Assembly: GCF_000142905.1 (NCBI RefSeq)
Contig: NW_013657639.1
Span: forward strand, 222,559 to 286,558
DNA: 64,000 nucleotides
Source: Thecamonas trahens ATCC 50062
Lineage: Eukaryota; Protista; Apusomonadida
Reading direction: 5' to 3'
Within the stretch, counting starts at the first letter, position 1. Every line of letters begins with the position of its first letter. Of the stretch, positions 54,421 through 64,000 are shown one piece after another. A program made the position numbers and the translations under genes. Below the pieces are notes generated by a model that ran no database searches, was not told the DNA's origin, and was given only the letters and a program-made list of their open reading frames with translations.

Positions 54421-54945
54421 TCAGAAGATGGCAGCGTCAAAGTCGGACGGCTGCTTGCGCTCGCGCTCGGCCTTGCGATGCTCCTCGATGATGCGGGGCA
54501 TGTCCTTCATGAGCTGAGCGATGCGAGCTTCACGAGCAGCGCGCTTGCGCTCAGCAGCACGCTGCTTGAACTTGACAGGCGCCTTGGCGGGAGCGAGGAC
54601 AAACGAGTCGATGGTACCCTCGCCAGTCTGGCCAGCGAGGCGGCCAAGGGCGCCGGCGGCCATGACACGCTGGAGCCTGGCGGCCTTTGCAGCCTTTGCA
54701 GCCTTGCGACGCGAGCCACGGGTGTTGCGCCACTTGCCTGAGTCCTTGGTCAGACCGTGTCCCGTAGACATGCTCGAGGCGTTGGCCAGAGCGGCCGCGC
54801 ACGTCGCCACAGTCCGCAGAGCGAAGGATGATGACGGGCCAGGACGAGGCGAGGCAGATGCGGGTGCCACAGCCGCAGCCATGGCCGCGGTCGCCATGCG
54901 GCTGGCAGCACTCCGTCCGGCTCCACTTGCAGACATAGCAAACAT
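54421..54945 (-). CDS. Probable mitochondrial ribosomal protein mL59 (MrpL25-like)
   Basis: Arg/Ala/Ser-rich presequence-like N-terminus; GKW....SRRKAAK.K.A and KFK..AAER....RE.RI...MKDMPRIIEE match the mL59 pattern. Confidence 0.6.
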   Translation of the reverse strand: MFAMSASGAGRSAASRMATAAMAAAVAPASASPRPGPSSSFALRTVATCAAALANASSMSTGHGLTKDSGKWRNTRGSRRKAAKAAKAARLQRVMAAGALGRLAGQTGEGTIDSFVLAPAKAPVKFKQRAAERKRAAREARIAQLMKDMPRIIEEHRKAERERKQPSDFDAAIF

Positions 54946-55295
54946 CGTCTCGGTCTGCTCAGTAGCTTGCCGAGAGTCGTGTGTGGCGGTGTGACGGGCG
55001 GGTGGAGGGAGGGGGGGGAGGAGGAGGAGGCGACGAGTGAGTGGTGAGGTGGTGAGGGGGTGGATACGTCAGGCCGTCCGTACATAGGCATTACTCGCTT
55101 TGCAAGTGGTGGTGCTGGGCAAGAACAAATGCATTGGTGTGGGCAACATGCTTGCGGGGAATGAGCTTCATCGGTGGGTTGTACCGTTTGCTCCTCGCGA
55201 ATGGGAGAGCCGCAGGCTTGAGCGACCATTGTCTTGCCTGCAGTCCAATGTAGTCAATAAATATATTGCTAGCGCCTAGTCATACCATCAGAAAA

Positions 55296-55374
55296 GATAC
55301 CGTGGCCGAGTGGTTAAGGCGCTGTGTTAAGGCCGCAGTTCTTCGGAGCGTGGGTTCGAGTCCCACCGGTGTCA
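55296..55374 (+). tRNA. trnL-AAG: tRNA-Leu(AAG)
   Basis: Acceptor GATACCG/CGGTGTC, D-arm GCCGAGTGGTTAAGGC, anticodon stem CTGTG/CGCAG with loop TTAAGGC, variable arm, GGTTCGAGTCC. Confidence 0.96.
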
Positions 55375-55383
55375 TTTTTTTTT
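55375..55383 (+). terminator. Pol III poly-T terminator
   Basis: T9 run directly after the tRNA; the two minus-strand copies have equivalent T7-T8 runs. Confidence 0.85.
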
Positions 55384-55656
55384 GCTCGAGGCCGGACCCT
55401 CCATCCACCCTCTCCCCCCGACCTGTGGCTTGCGCATCGCTGGCTGTCCACATGATGCTAAACCGATGGCGTGTCAACTGCGGGTCGAGCTCGAGCGCAA
55501 TGGCTGCAGCCACCCGTGAGTCGGCGAGCAGCGACTTTACCGCCGCACCTGCCTTTCGGGTGCGCCACACCGTGTCACCGGCGACCTGATCGACTCGCGG
55601 GTGAGCGAGGAGTCTCACCCCTGACATCCGGCCTGGAACACAGGCATGACAGTATA

Positions 55657-57171
55657 CTAGCCGCGATCGTGGGCTGCAAGCCATGTTGCGACACTCTCAT
55701 GGCCTGCAGCTTCGGCAAGAGCGCGCGGCGAGCGAGAGGCATTGGCGCTGGTGTCGGGATTGATATCGGCGCCGCCACGGGTCACAAGCGCCTCGACGAC
55801 AGTCAGGTTGCCGGACATGGCCGCGGCCTGCAGCAGAGTCATGCCGTTAAACGGAACGTTGACATCAGCGCCGGCGGCGATGAGATAGTCGACAAGGTCC
55901 GGATGATCCAGCGCGGCGTAGACCGGGGTGATGCCGTCGGGACCCTGGCGGTTGACGTCGGCGCCGGCGGCGATAAGGAGCTTGGCAACCTCGCTGTGGT
56001 TCCTGTTGGCGGCGAGAATAAGCGGAGTCGTGCCGTCGCGCAACATAGAGTTAGCGCTGGCGCCGCTGTCGAGGAGCATTCGCACGATGTCAAGGTGGCC
56101 CTCGGCTGCGGCGCGAATGAGCGGGGTGAGGCCAGCGTCCGACGACGTGGCCACCGCAACGTCTGCGCCGCAGGCAAGGAGCCACTCGGTCATGGACGTG
56201 TCACCACGTTGGACGGCATGATGGAGGACGGTCTCGCCAAACCCGCCGCGGACGTGGATGTCGGCGCCGGCCGAGTCGACAAGCCACTTGGCGGTGTCGA
56301 GCTGGCCGGCGGCCACCGCCTGCCACAGCGGGGTAGTACCCTGCGGCGCCGGCGCAGTCACGTCATATCCGTGTGCGTCCAGCGTAGCAAGAGTGGCGAC
56401 ATCTCCGGCACGGGCTGCCAGCTGGGCAGCAGAGCCGCCGTCAGCAGTAGCGGCTGTCGGATCTGCCCCGGCGTGCGCAAGAAGCCAGTCGACAACGGAC
56501 GCGTGTCCGGCGCCCGCAGCAAACAGCAGCGGGGTGTAGCCCGAGCTGGCGGCAGCGTCAACCGCGGCGCCTCCGTGGGTGACAAGCCACTCCACGGCTC
56601 CAACATGCCCGGCAGAGGCGGCGACCATCAGCGGTGTCGAGCCGTCGCTCGATGGCGCATCCATGTCGACGCCGAGCTTGGCCACTCGCGCGAGGACCTC
56701 GACATGCCCGCCAAGCGCCGCCAGATACGCCGCCGATGTCTCCCCTGGAGCCAGCGCGCCCACATTGGCGCCACCATGGTGCGCCAGCCAGTCAACAACC
56801 TCGGCCTCTCCGTGGAGAGCAGCAATGAGCAGCGGCGTCGTCTCGTCGCAGCAGACCTCGACATCAGCTCCGCCCTCGGCCACCATCCACTCCACAACCT
56901 CCGTGTGCCCCGCAAGCGCAGCAAGCCACAGCACCGGTCGGTCCAGCCCATCGATGGCGTTGAGATCCAGCCCGTTCTCCCTCACCATGCCCTGGATGAC
57001 CGCCAGCTCGCCGTCGACCACCGCCCGCGCCAGCCGCCCCACCTTGAACTCGTCAGCAGCTGATGGCGTACTCTGCCACCGCAACAAAGGCAGCGTCAGT
57101 TGGGTCCCGCCCGGTGCCCGTGCCAGGCTTGGCCGGAGGTGGGAGAAGAGCGCGTGGCGTATGTGGTGCAT
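55657..57171 (-). CDS. Ankyrin-repeat protein (~13 repeats) with a possible mitochondrial presequence
   Basis: Repeated G.TPL..AA..GH...V.WL...GA; basic, acid-free N-terminus ending LRWQS. Confidence 0.9.
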   Translation of the reverse strand: MHHIRHALFSHLRPSLARAPGGTQLTLPLLRWQSTPSAADEFKVGRLARAVVDGELAVIQGMVRENGLDLNAIDGLDRPVLWLAALAGHTEVVEWMVAEGGADVEVCCDETTPLLIAALHGEAEVVDWLAHHGGANVGALAPGETSAAYLAALGGHVEVLARVAKLGVDMDAPSSDGSTPLMVAASAGHVGAVEWLVTHGGAAVDAAASSGYTPLLFAAGAGHASVVDWLLAHAGADPTAATADGGSAAQLAARAGDVATLATLDAHGYDVTAPAPQGTTPLWQAVAAGQLDTAKWLVDSAGADIHVRGGFGETVLHHAVQRGDTSMTEWLLACGADVAVATSSDAGLTPLIRAAAEGHLDIVRMLLDSGASANSMLRDGTTPLILAANRNHSEVAKLLIAAGADVNRQGPDGITPVYAALDHPDLVDYLIAAGADVNVPFNGMTLLQAAAMSGNLTVVEALVTRGGADINPDTSANASRSPRALAEAAGHESVATWLAAHDRG

Positions 57172-57563
57172 CCTGCTTCCGTCGAGTGATGGAGTGGGGT
57201 GGGTGGCCCAGCTGGGGTGGGGGGAGGGGGGGGGGGGGGGGGGAGGATCGACCTTGACGCTGCCGCCACATCGTCACGCCCCGCGAGGTGTAGCATCAGC
57301 AGCCGCCAGCCGTCAACCATCTCTTCTAAACGGGTGCTCTCTTGTCTGTACACACATCAGCCCAGGTCTTCCCGAGAGATCAGTTGAAGCAAAAAAAGAA
57401 CGGGTAACATTTGAACTTGTCACCTTCTCATGCCCCGCATCTCGCACCTCTTCACCACTCCATGCCTTCCCACTTTGTATTTACACTCATGCTACCACAC
57501 CATCGCGTGCGCACACATTGGTACACATCATACAGAGCGAGGGTCTGGCCCTCAGCAAAAAAA

Positions 57564-57642
57564 TGACACCGGTGGGACTCGAACCCACGCTCCGGAGAAC
57601 TGCGGCCTTAACACAGCGCCTTAACCACTCGGCCACGGTATC
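57564..57642 (-). tRNA. trnL-AAG: tRNA-Leu(AAG), with one variable-arm substitution
   Basis: Reverse complement of 55296-55374 except TTCTCCGGAG in place of TTCTTCGGAG. Confidence 0.95.
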
Positions 57643-57884
57643 GTTCTGATGGCAATGCACATCGGCATTCACGTCTAATCACATGTCCATCCAAGAGCCA
57701 TGACAAACCCAAACATTTCTGCGGATTTGATTGCGTCACTCCCCCCCTCGCCGCGCCGCACCACTTTCACCCTTCCGTTCCCAATCACTCCGTTCCTACA
57801 CCCATCACATCACACCACAGCATGCGCACAGCCAACAATGAACAAGCGGGAAGGTGGGGAGGGTCTGGCCTCGAGCAAAAAAAA

Positions 57885-57963
57885 TGACACCGGTGGGACT
57901 CGAACCCACGCTCCGAAGAACTGCGGCCTTAACACAGCGCCTTAACCACTCGGCCACGGTATC
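57885..57963 (-). tRNA. trnL-AAG: tRNA-Leu(AAG)
   Basis: Exact reverse complement of 55296-55374. Confidence 0.96.
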
Positions 57964-58085
57964 TTTTCTGATGGAGACGCTGGCCACAAATATCATATTT
58001 ATTGGCTACATTGGATTGATGAGTAGCCTGCGCAGCTATGTCCGCCGCCCCGCTCCTCAACAGCATCCCAAGCCAATGACGACGT

Positions 58086-60484
58086 TTACCCCCCTAGCAA
58101 CGCCAACGCCACCCGCCGGCCCTCCTCAACTTCCTCTCCGCCCTCCGCTGCTTCGCTTGCGATGGCGCGCATCAATTCGCTCACCACTCCGGGCGCGTCC
58201 GTCCGCAACATCCACCCCGCCACGGTTCCGGCTACCCGGCAGACAGCCACAATGACCGCGTGCCGCACGAGCGCCGCACTCGATGCCGCCAGCCCTACAA
58301 AGAGCTCCAGCGCATCTCGCGCCATCCTCCGCACAGAGTGCAACCCGCCCGCGGCTTCTACAACAGCCCCGATTGCACTCACAAGGTGGACCACCAAGTA
58401 CGACGGCGAGCTCGAGTCGACAAGGTCGAGGAGCATGGGCGCGTGCCCGTCGAACGGGCTCAACAGCCGGTAGAACACCCCACGTGCACGCTCATCATCC
58501 AGCGCTGCCACATGCGCTTGCTCCTCCTTGCCGGCCCTCTGCGCTTCTCGCGCTGCCCTCGCTCGCGATAGCGGGTGGTAGTACTTGGTCTTGGCCGCCA
58601 GCCGCGCGTCGATCACCGCGTGCGCTGCCGCTCGTGCCGCCGCCACCTCGTCACTTGCTCCAGCCCCATCTTCGCCACTAGCATTGTCCGACGCCGACGC
58701 CGACGTCGACGCCGTGTCGGTGCCCTTCTTCCGCGCTTCCGCCCGCGACCGGACCCCTTCGACCACCACCGCAAGCATCCGCGCACGTTGGGACAGCGTG
58801 TATCCCTTGCCATAAAACCCGTCTGCCAGCGCGTACAGTGCGCTGTCGCATGCCTCCGCCAGTGTCATCAATGCCGCCCCACGGAGCTCTTCGAAGCTCT
58901 CACCCTCCCCGCCGCCGTCGAGCGCTATCACGCGCTGCACAAGCCGTGCTCCCAGCTCCTCAAGCTCGGGTGGCGACGCCCGCACAAGATCTGGCAGCGC
59001 AGTCAGCGCTCCCAGCTGTGCATCTGCCTCCTCAGGTGTGTTCTTCCCGCTCTGCCGTAGCCACTCGAGCGCTTGCCTCGTGTACACAGGCTTGGCAATC
59101 CCGCTTCTCTCGCTCTTCCCACTGCCTGCAGCTCCAGCCTTGCGCATCGCCCGCCGCCGCGATGGCCCATCCACGTCGATCGAGTACGCCTCAAACTCAC
59201 ACGACGACGACGATGACGACGACGACGATCCGGCATGTCCCTCGCCGCTGCAGTCGTCGCCGATCACATACGCCACTGACTCTGTCGGATCTGGTGCTTC
59301 CTCTTCAGCTTCGTCCTTCCTGCCTCCTTCTCCTTCCTCCTGCGCCATCCCACCCTCATTCTCGCTTTCGTCCCAGCGCGAGCCATCCCTGCCTTGCCGC
59401 AGCCACTCTCCGTACCCCGTGGCGTCGTAAAACTCGGGCTCGAGACCAGACGTGGTGAGCGTGAGCGGTGCAGTCGGCGAGAGCACCACCGATAAGCTGT
59501 TTGCCACCACTCCGGCCAGTGCTCGGACCTCGGGCATCGGTGATCCCATGTGCGTCTGCACTCCGTCGAGCAGTGGCTCGAGGAGCTTTCCGAGCTCCAC
59601 GGCCGACGCCACGGTTCCGAGTGAGAGCGCCAGCGCGAGTGCCACCCCACAATGCCGCCGTGTCGCCGCCGCGCGCCCAACGATGGAAGCGCCCACAGCT
59701 CTGCCACGCCCGGTGCCAGAACTTGGTCTCCAGCCGCGTACGCGAGCGCGGCCACTCCCCGGAGGGAGAGTGTCCCGGACGCCACCAACGAGACAACTGC
59801 CTCATCGCAGACTGCAACACTCTTCAAACTCGCCCGCGCTACCTCCAGTGGGAGCCGAACCAGGGCCGTACTCTCCACCACGCTCCCCACAAGGACGCTC
59901 GCCTCATGCGGTGAGAGCGAGGCTCCGGCAGCTCCGCCAAAGACCCGCGCCATTAGCCCAGGCTGCGGCACCATCATCGCCGCCACCTGGTCAGCATACC
60001 CGCGTCGGATCAACCGCGCCAGCACCTCGCCGTCGCACTCCTGGCTCCATCCAAGCGCCAACAGCATGCCGTACGCCTCAGGCAGCAGCGGATCCGGCAC
60101 CTTGAGGCCGCGCGAGCCGGCGGCGTTGGCCACACGGTCAGCAAGGGTGACCACCGCCTCGGGCTTGCTCGCCAGTGCAGCTCCTACCACCCGCGGCGAC
60201 GCAACCGCTCGCGCAAGTGCCGGAAGCACATACTCGGTGAGCACCATGTCCGGCGTCAGCGGGTCTGCAGCCGCCGAGGTAAGCGCTGTAAAGAGCGTCG
60301 CCGCGTCAGCCGGCGGTGAGCTCAGGACTCGCCGCGCTGCTTTCGCCGACGTCGTTGCCAATGATGCACCCCACATGGGGAGTATCTCACATAGCACACA
60401 CTCGAGTATCTCCCGACTTGGCTCTCTGCTTGCTGTCGCCAGGAACTCACTCGCTGCTGCAAACGACATCGGTGCCGAGGACAT
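58086..60484 (-). CDS. TELO2: TEL2/TELO2 (TTT complex), with an apparent -1 frameshift near 59678
   Basis: LDGVQTHMGSP.PEVRALAGVVA, acidic loop FEAYSID, KPVYTRQAL, ALTALPDLVR...ELEEL, FEELRGAAL, FY...YTLSQR match the Telomere_reg-2 pattern. Confidence 0.8.
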
Positions 60485-60852
60485 GGTGGGCGCTACGAGT
60501 GAGGTGCGGGGGGGAAGGAGCTCTGATCACAGAATGGCCGAATGGATGGGTGTCTCACAGAGGAGGGGGGGGGGGGGTATGCGGAGATGATGTCGATTGA
60601 GATGGAAGGGAGAGAGGGGGCGGGGAAGGTAGGATGTGATGAGCATGGTGCCGTTTGGGGGAGAGGGAGAGGGACGGGGAAAAGGGGGGGGGGGGGAGGG
60701 GGGGAGCTAGATCAGAAGCATGATGGGGTGAAAGTGCCGGACAAACAAATGCTACACAGTCGGTAAGGAGAGTGAGAAGGGATGGGCTCGAGGAGTATGA
60801 TCATGAGTTGGCTTTGTCAGTTGCTTTGTTGCACTGGCTGCATATTCCTCAA

Positions 60853-63800
60853 CTAAGATTCGATGCTGGTCTCCAGATCAGGGGCACTCGCCTGCCGTGA
60901 GCGGAGCAGTCCGCGCAGTCGCGCACCTGGCCGCTGCGTATCCGGCTCGACAGCCGGAGGTGACGAGGACCGTGCGAGTTTCCGCGACGGCGACACTCGC
61001 AAGAGCGAGCCGCTTGGCGCCACTTTGCGCGACGAGCCGGCCCGGCTGATGGGTGAGCGCACAGAGGATGTTGATCCTGCCCGCGAGCGCGGCGCCCTGG
61101 TCGACACCACACGCCGCAGCGGCGACTGGTCTCTAGCAGGAGATGACGCGATACGCTTGAGTGCCTGCGGCGAGTGCGTCCGCTGCCGACGGAGCCCAAT
61201 TGCCGACCTCGACGATGCCACTCGCGTAGGTGTCGCTGCAGAGCCAACGTATCGCAGTGCGGAGCTGGGGGTCGAAGCATTGAGGCTTCCTGCCGACGTC
61301 ATCTTGCGGAGTGCCATCCCACTTCGCGCGCGTCGCCTTGAGCTCCTTTCCGACGACTCAAAGCCCGGCTCACCCGTTTCGATCGATGTTGCTGTCTCCT
61401 CATCGTCAAGCTGACGGATGACCATAGAGTCTGCGGTATTGAAGCCGTCACTAGCGATCAGCCGCTCGGTTTGCAGCGCCTGCAGCGCATCCTGCAGCGT
61501 AGCTGGGCCGACCCGCTCGAGACCACGAAGCTCAAGTTCGGCAAAGGCGGCGATGCGAGCCTCCAGCCCCGGCACCACCACCTGAGAAAGCTGGTAGGTG
61601 TCGATCTGCTCACCACTGCTCTCGTTCTTGGCGCTCCCTTCCAGCTCGCTCTCGGCGCGGTACTCGCCGAGTGAGCCGGTGGTGAAGCCAAGGTCTGCCG
61701 CTGCTGCGGCCGCAGCCGCATCCACCACCACTTGGCCACCAGTTCCGCAGTCGCCGATCCGCTGCGCGTCGATCATCGTTGGCCCGGTGTAGACAAACCG
61801 CTGCGTCCGCTCTTCAAATGCTCGCGCCGGACTGCACACGTGGATGCCCATCCGAACGCGCAGGCCGCGGAAGACCCCGTCGACCGTCGGCACCTTCTTA
61901 TCGGCCAGGATGCCCGCCGGCCACTCCAAATCGTAGAGCGCAATCTGAATGGCAACAGCTGCAGCAACGGCATCCGCCGCCTCATCAAAGGCCACCACAA
62001 ACGAGTCGCCTTCGGTTCGAATGATGTATCCGTTGTGAGCGTCGAGTTTGGCGCGGAACGCGGTGTTGTGGTCGTCGATCGCGGTCACCATCTCTTCCGG
62101 ATACGCCTCCCATAGATACGTCGAGCTCTGCACGTCGGTGATCATGACCGCAATTGTGCCCGACGGCGCCTCGGCCGCAGCAGCTTGAGCCTTCTCTTCG
62201 ATGTACACCTTGGAGAACCGCCGCCGACGTCGCCAGTACATAAACCCGAGGCCAGCAATGATGAGCACAAGCAAGCCCGACGACGATGCTGCGACAATCG
62301 GCATGGCGGACCCAACCGCCGCCGTGCTCGACTGCGCGCGACAGGTGCTAGCGCCGCCGCACACACCGCAGCTGTCGTACTCGAGACCCGAATTGGAGAT
62401 TGAGTCGCAGCCGGCGCAGGTTGTTCCGTTGCCGCGGCAGACACCACAAACATCAAGCAAGGACTCGCCACCAAAGCACACGCCACAAGAGTCCATAGCC
62501 CTGTTCCCGCCCAAACACACACCACATTCGTCACGATTAGCGTTATTGCCAAAGCACACGCCGCACGAGTCGAGATCGCGGCCGCCGCCGAAGCAAACGT
62601 CACATACGTCGACAAAAGTACTCGGCGCGAGTCCGGTTGTGCCGCCGACGCAAAACCCGCAAGCGTTGAGGAACGCGTCGCCACCGCACACGCCGGCGCA
62701 ATCGTAGGCTGCCGTTGAGCTGATGCCGGCGTTACAAGTGGCAATGCACGCGTTCGTCCCGTTGCACACGCCGCAGAGGTCGACCACCGAGCCGAGGCCA
62801 TCGCATCCGAGGCAGGTCGAGCCGTCGCCGCCGCAGATGCCACAAGAGTCGGGAACAAGGCCGCCGATGCAGCCCTCACAGCGGTCAAAGCACACATCAC
62901 AATCATCGAGGTGCATCAGTGGCGTCCGGCCGGTGGTCCCGTTGACGCACACGCCGCACTCGTCAACGTAAGCGCTCCCGTTGCATACGCCGGCACAGTC
63001 GAAAACAACCGGGACCGGCGAGAGCGGATCGCACGAGTCGTAGCACGTCCCGACCGCTGTCCCACCGCACACGCCACACGCATCATAGTGGCCGCCGCCG
63101 AGAGGGATTGGCATCCCGTCGCAGCCGAGGCACGAGCTCCCATCGCCATCGCACACTCCGCACACGTCGCGGACCTTGTTCGAGTGTGGCACGCCATCGC
63201 AGCCGGCACACGTCGAGTTGTCGCCCCACTGAATGCCACAGGCATCGAGGCACGCGTTGTCACCAAAGCACACGCCGCAGGCGTCAAGCGCCGAGTCGTC
63301 GCCGAAGCACATTCCACAAACATCGCGATCCGACTCAGGCACGTGGCTCGTACCTGGACCAGAGCACACGCCGCAACTGTCGATAAAGGCTGGATCAGGA
63401 CACGGTCCGACTGGCGGCGGCGGTGGCGGCGGCGCTGCGTTTGAAGGCGACGGAGGAGTCGGCGGCGGTGGCGGCGGTGAAGGTGGTGACGGTGGCGGAG
63501 GCGATGATGGGACCGCAAAGCATGAGCCCGGAAGAGCAGTGGCGTTGGCGTACCCGATGGCGCACTGCGTGCACGTTGCCGGTGTTCCTGTGCACTCGGC
63601 GCACGACACCTCGCAAGGGCCGCATACATCGTATGTAAAGCCAGCGGCACTGACGCTGAAGAGTCCATGGCCGGTTTGACATGCAGTGCACGGCCCGGAA
63701 AACGAGAGCACGACGTCCCGAGGTCGTCCGGCGCGGTGCAGTTGGCAGCGATGTCACAGGCGGGGCCGGTCCATCCGGGGTAGCACGAGGTGCACGGCGC

Positions 63801-64000
63801 GTTGCCGCCACTATTCGGACGAGCGCATGGCGCAATGCCGTGGAAACACTGATCGCGCGTGTCACACCCGTTGGCCAAGCCTGATGACGAACCGCCGATG
63901 CCGCAGATGACGTTGACCGAGCACGCCGGTGAGGTGTTGCCGCATACCACCGAATCAGTGGTGGCGACGTCACCTCTGCTGATGTGTAGCGCACCCGATC
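60853..64000 (-). CDS. Receptor-type class III nucleotide cyclase with a Cys-rich ectodomain; 5' truncated by the window edge; apparent -1 frameshift near 63700
   Basis: Many D.CGVC.G repeats, furin/EGF-like Cys motifs, TM LLVLIIAGLGFMYW followed by RRRRR, cyclase motifs ITDVQSSTYLWE, TEGDSFVVAF, GLRVRMGIH, GGQV. Confidence 0.88.

Noticed and set aside
53704-54440. His/Asp-repeat metal-binding protein
   Set aside because: The HD run comes from a microsatellite, and I could not build a consistent gene model or recognise a domain.
55296-55374. Reading the anticodon as TAA
   Set aside because: The stem CTGTG/CGCAG leaves loop TTAAGGC, whose central triplet is AAG.
55471-57649. 530-aa and 356-aa plus-strand ORFs
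   Set aside because: They are antisense to the clear ankyrin gene, and high GC content suppresses stop codons.
47369-60484. Calling ABCA and TEL2 (and Sec24) pseudogenes
   Set aside because: Each has a single frameshift at a homopolymer with otherwise intact motifs, so assembly error is more likely.
1-64000. Transposon or integrated virus
   Set aside because: I recognised no transposase, integrase, reverse transcriptase, capsid, terminal repeats or clear compositional island.

Overview
This is GC-rich, gene-dense and intron-poor eukaryotic DNA with short GT-AG introns and one N gap at 26889-27006. IFT52, a TSET subunit and a synapsin-like gene point to a flagellated protist; an apusomonad such as Thecamonas would fit, but that is inference only. 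Recognisable genes are three MscS-like channels with EF-hand-like loops, Hsp110, PP2C, an alpha/beta hydrolase, Sec24, a synapsin-like ATP-grasp protein, TSET TTRAY2/TWD40-2, IFT52, a half-size ABCA transporter, a GH27 alpha-galactosidase, a probable mL59, two ankyrin proteins, TEL2, a Cys-rich receptor class III cyclase and three tRNA-Leu(AAG) genes. The most notable observations are six. (1) A ~3360-aa intronless chimera joins an F-box, a degenerate kinase-like module, ankyrin repeats, a degenerate DUF294-like nucleotidyltransferase and a RhoGEF-PH tandem. (2) Five genes are each broken by a -1 frameshift at a short homopolymer. (3) An 82-aa stand-alone Par3/HAL-type ubiquitin-like protein is present. 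(4) The synapsin-like protein has a C-terminal hydrophobic anchor. (5) Inverted tRNA cassettes bracket an ankyrin gene. (6) The three MscS paralogues have diverged pore helices. All family calls come from recognising motifs by eye; no database searches were run.
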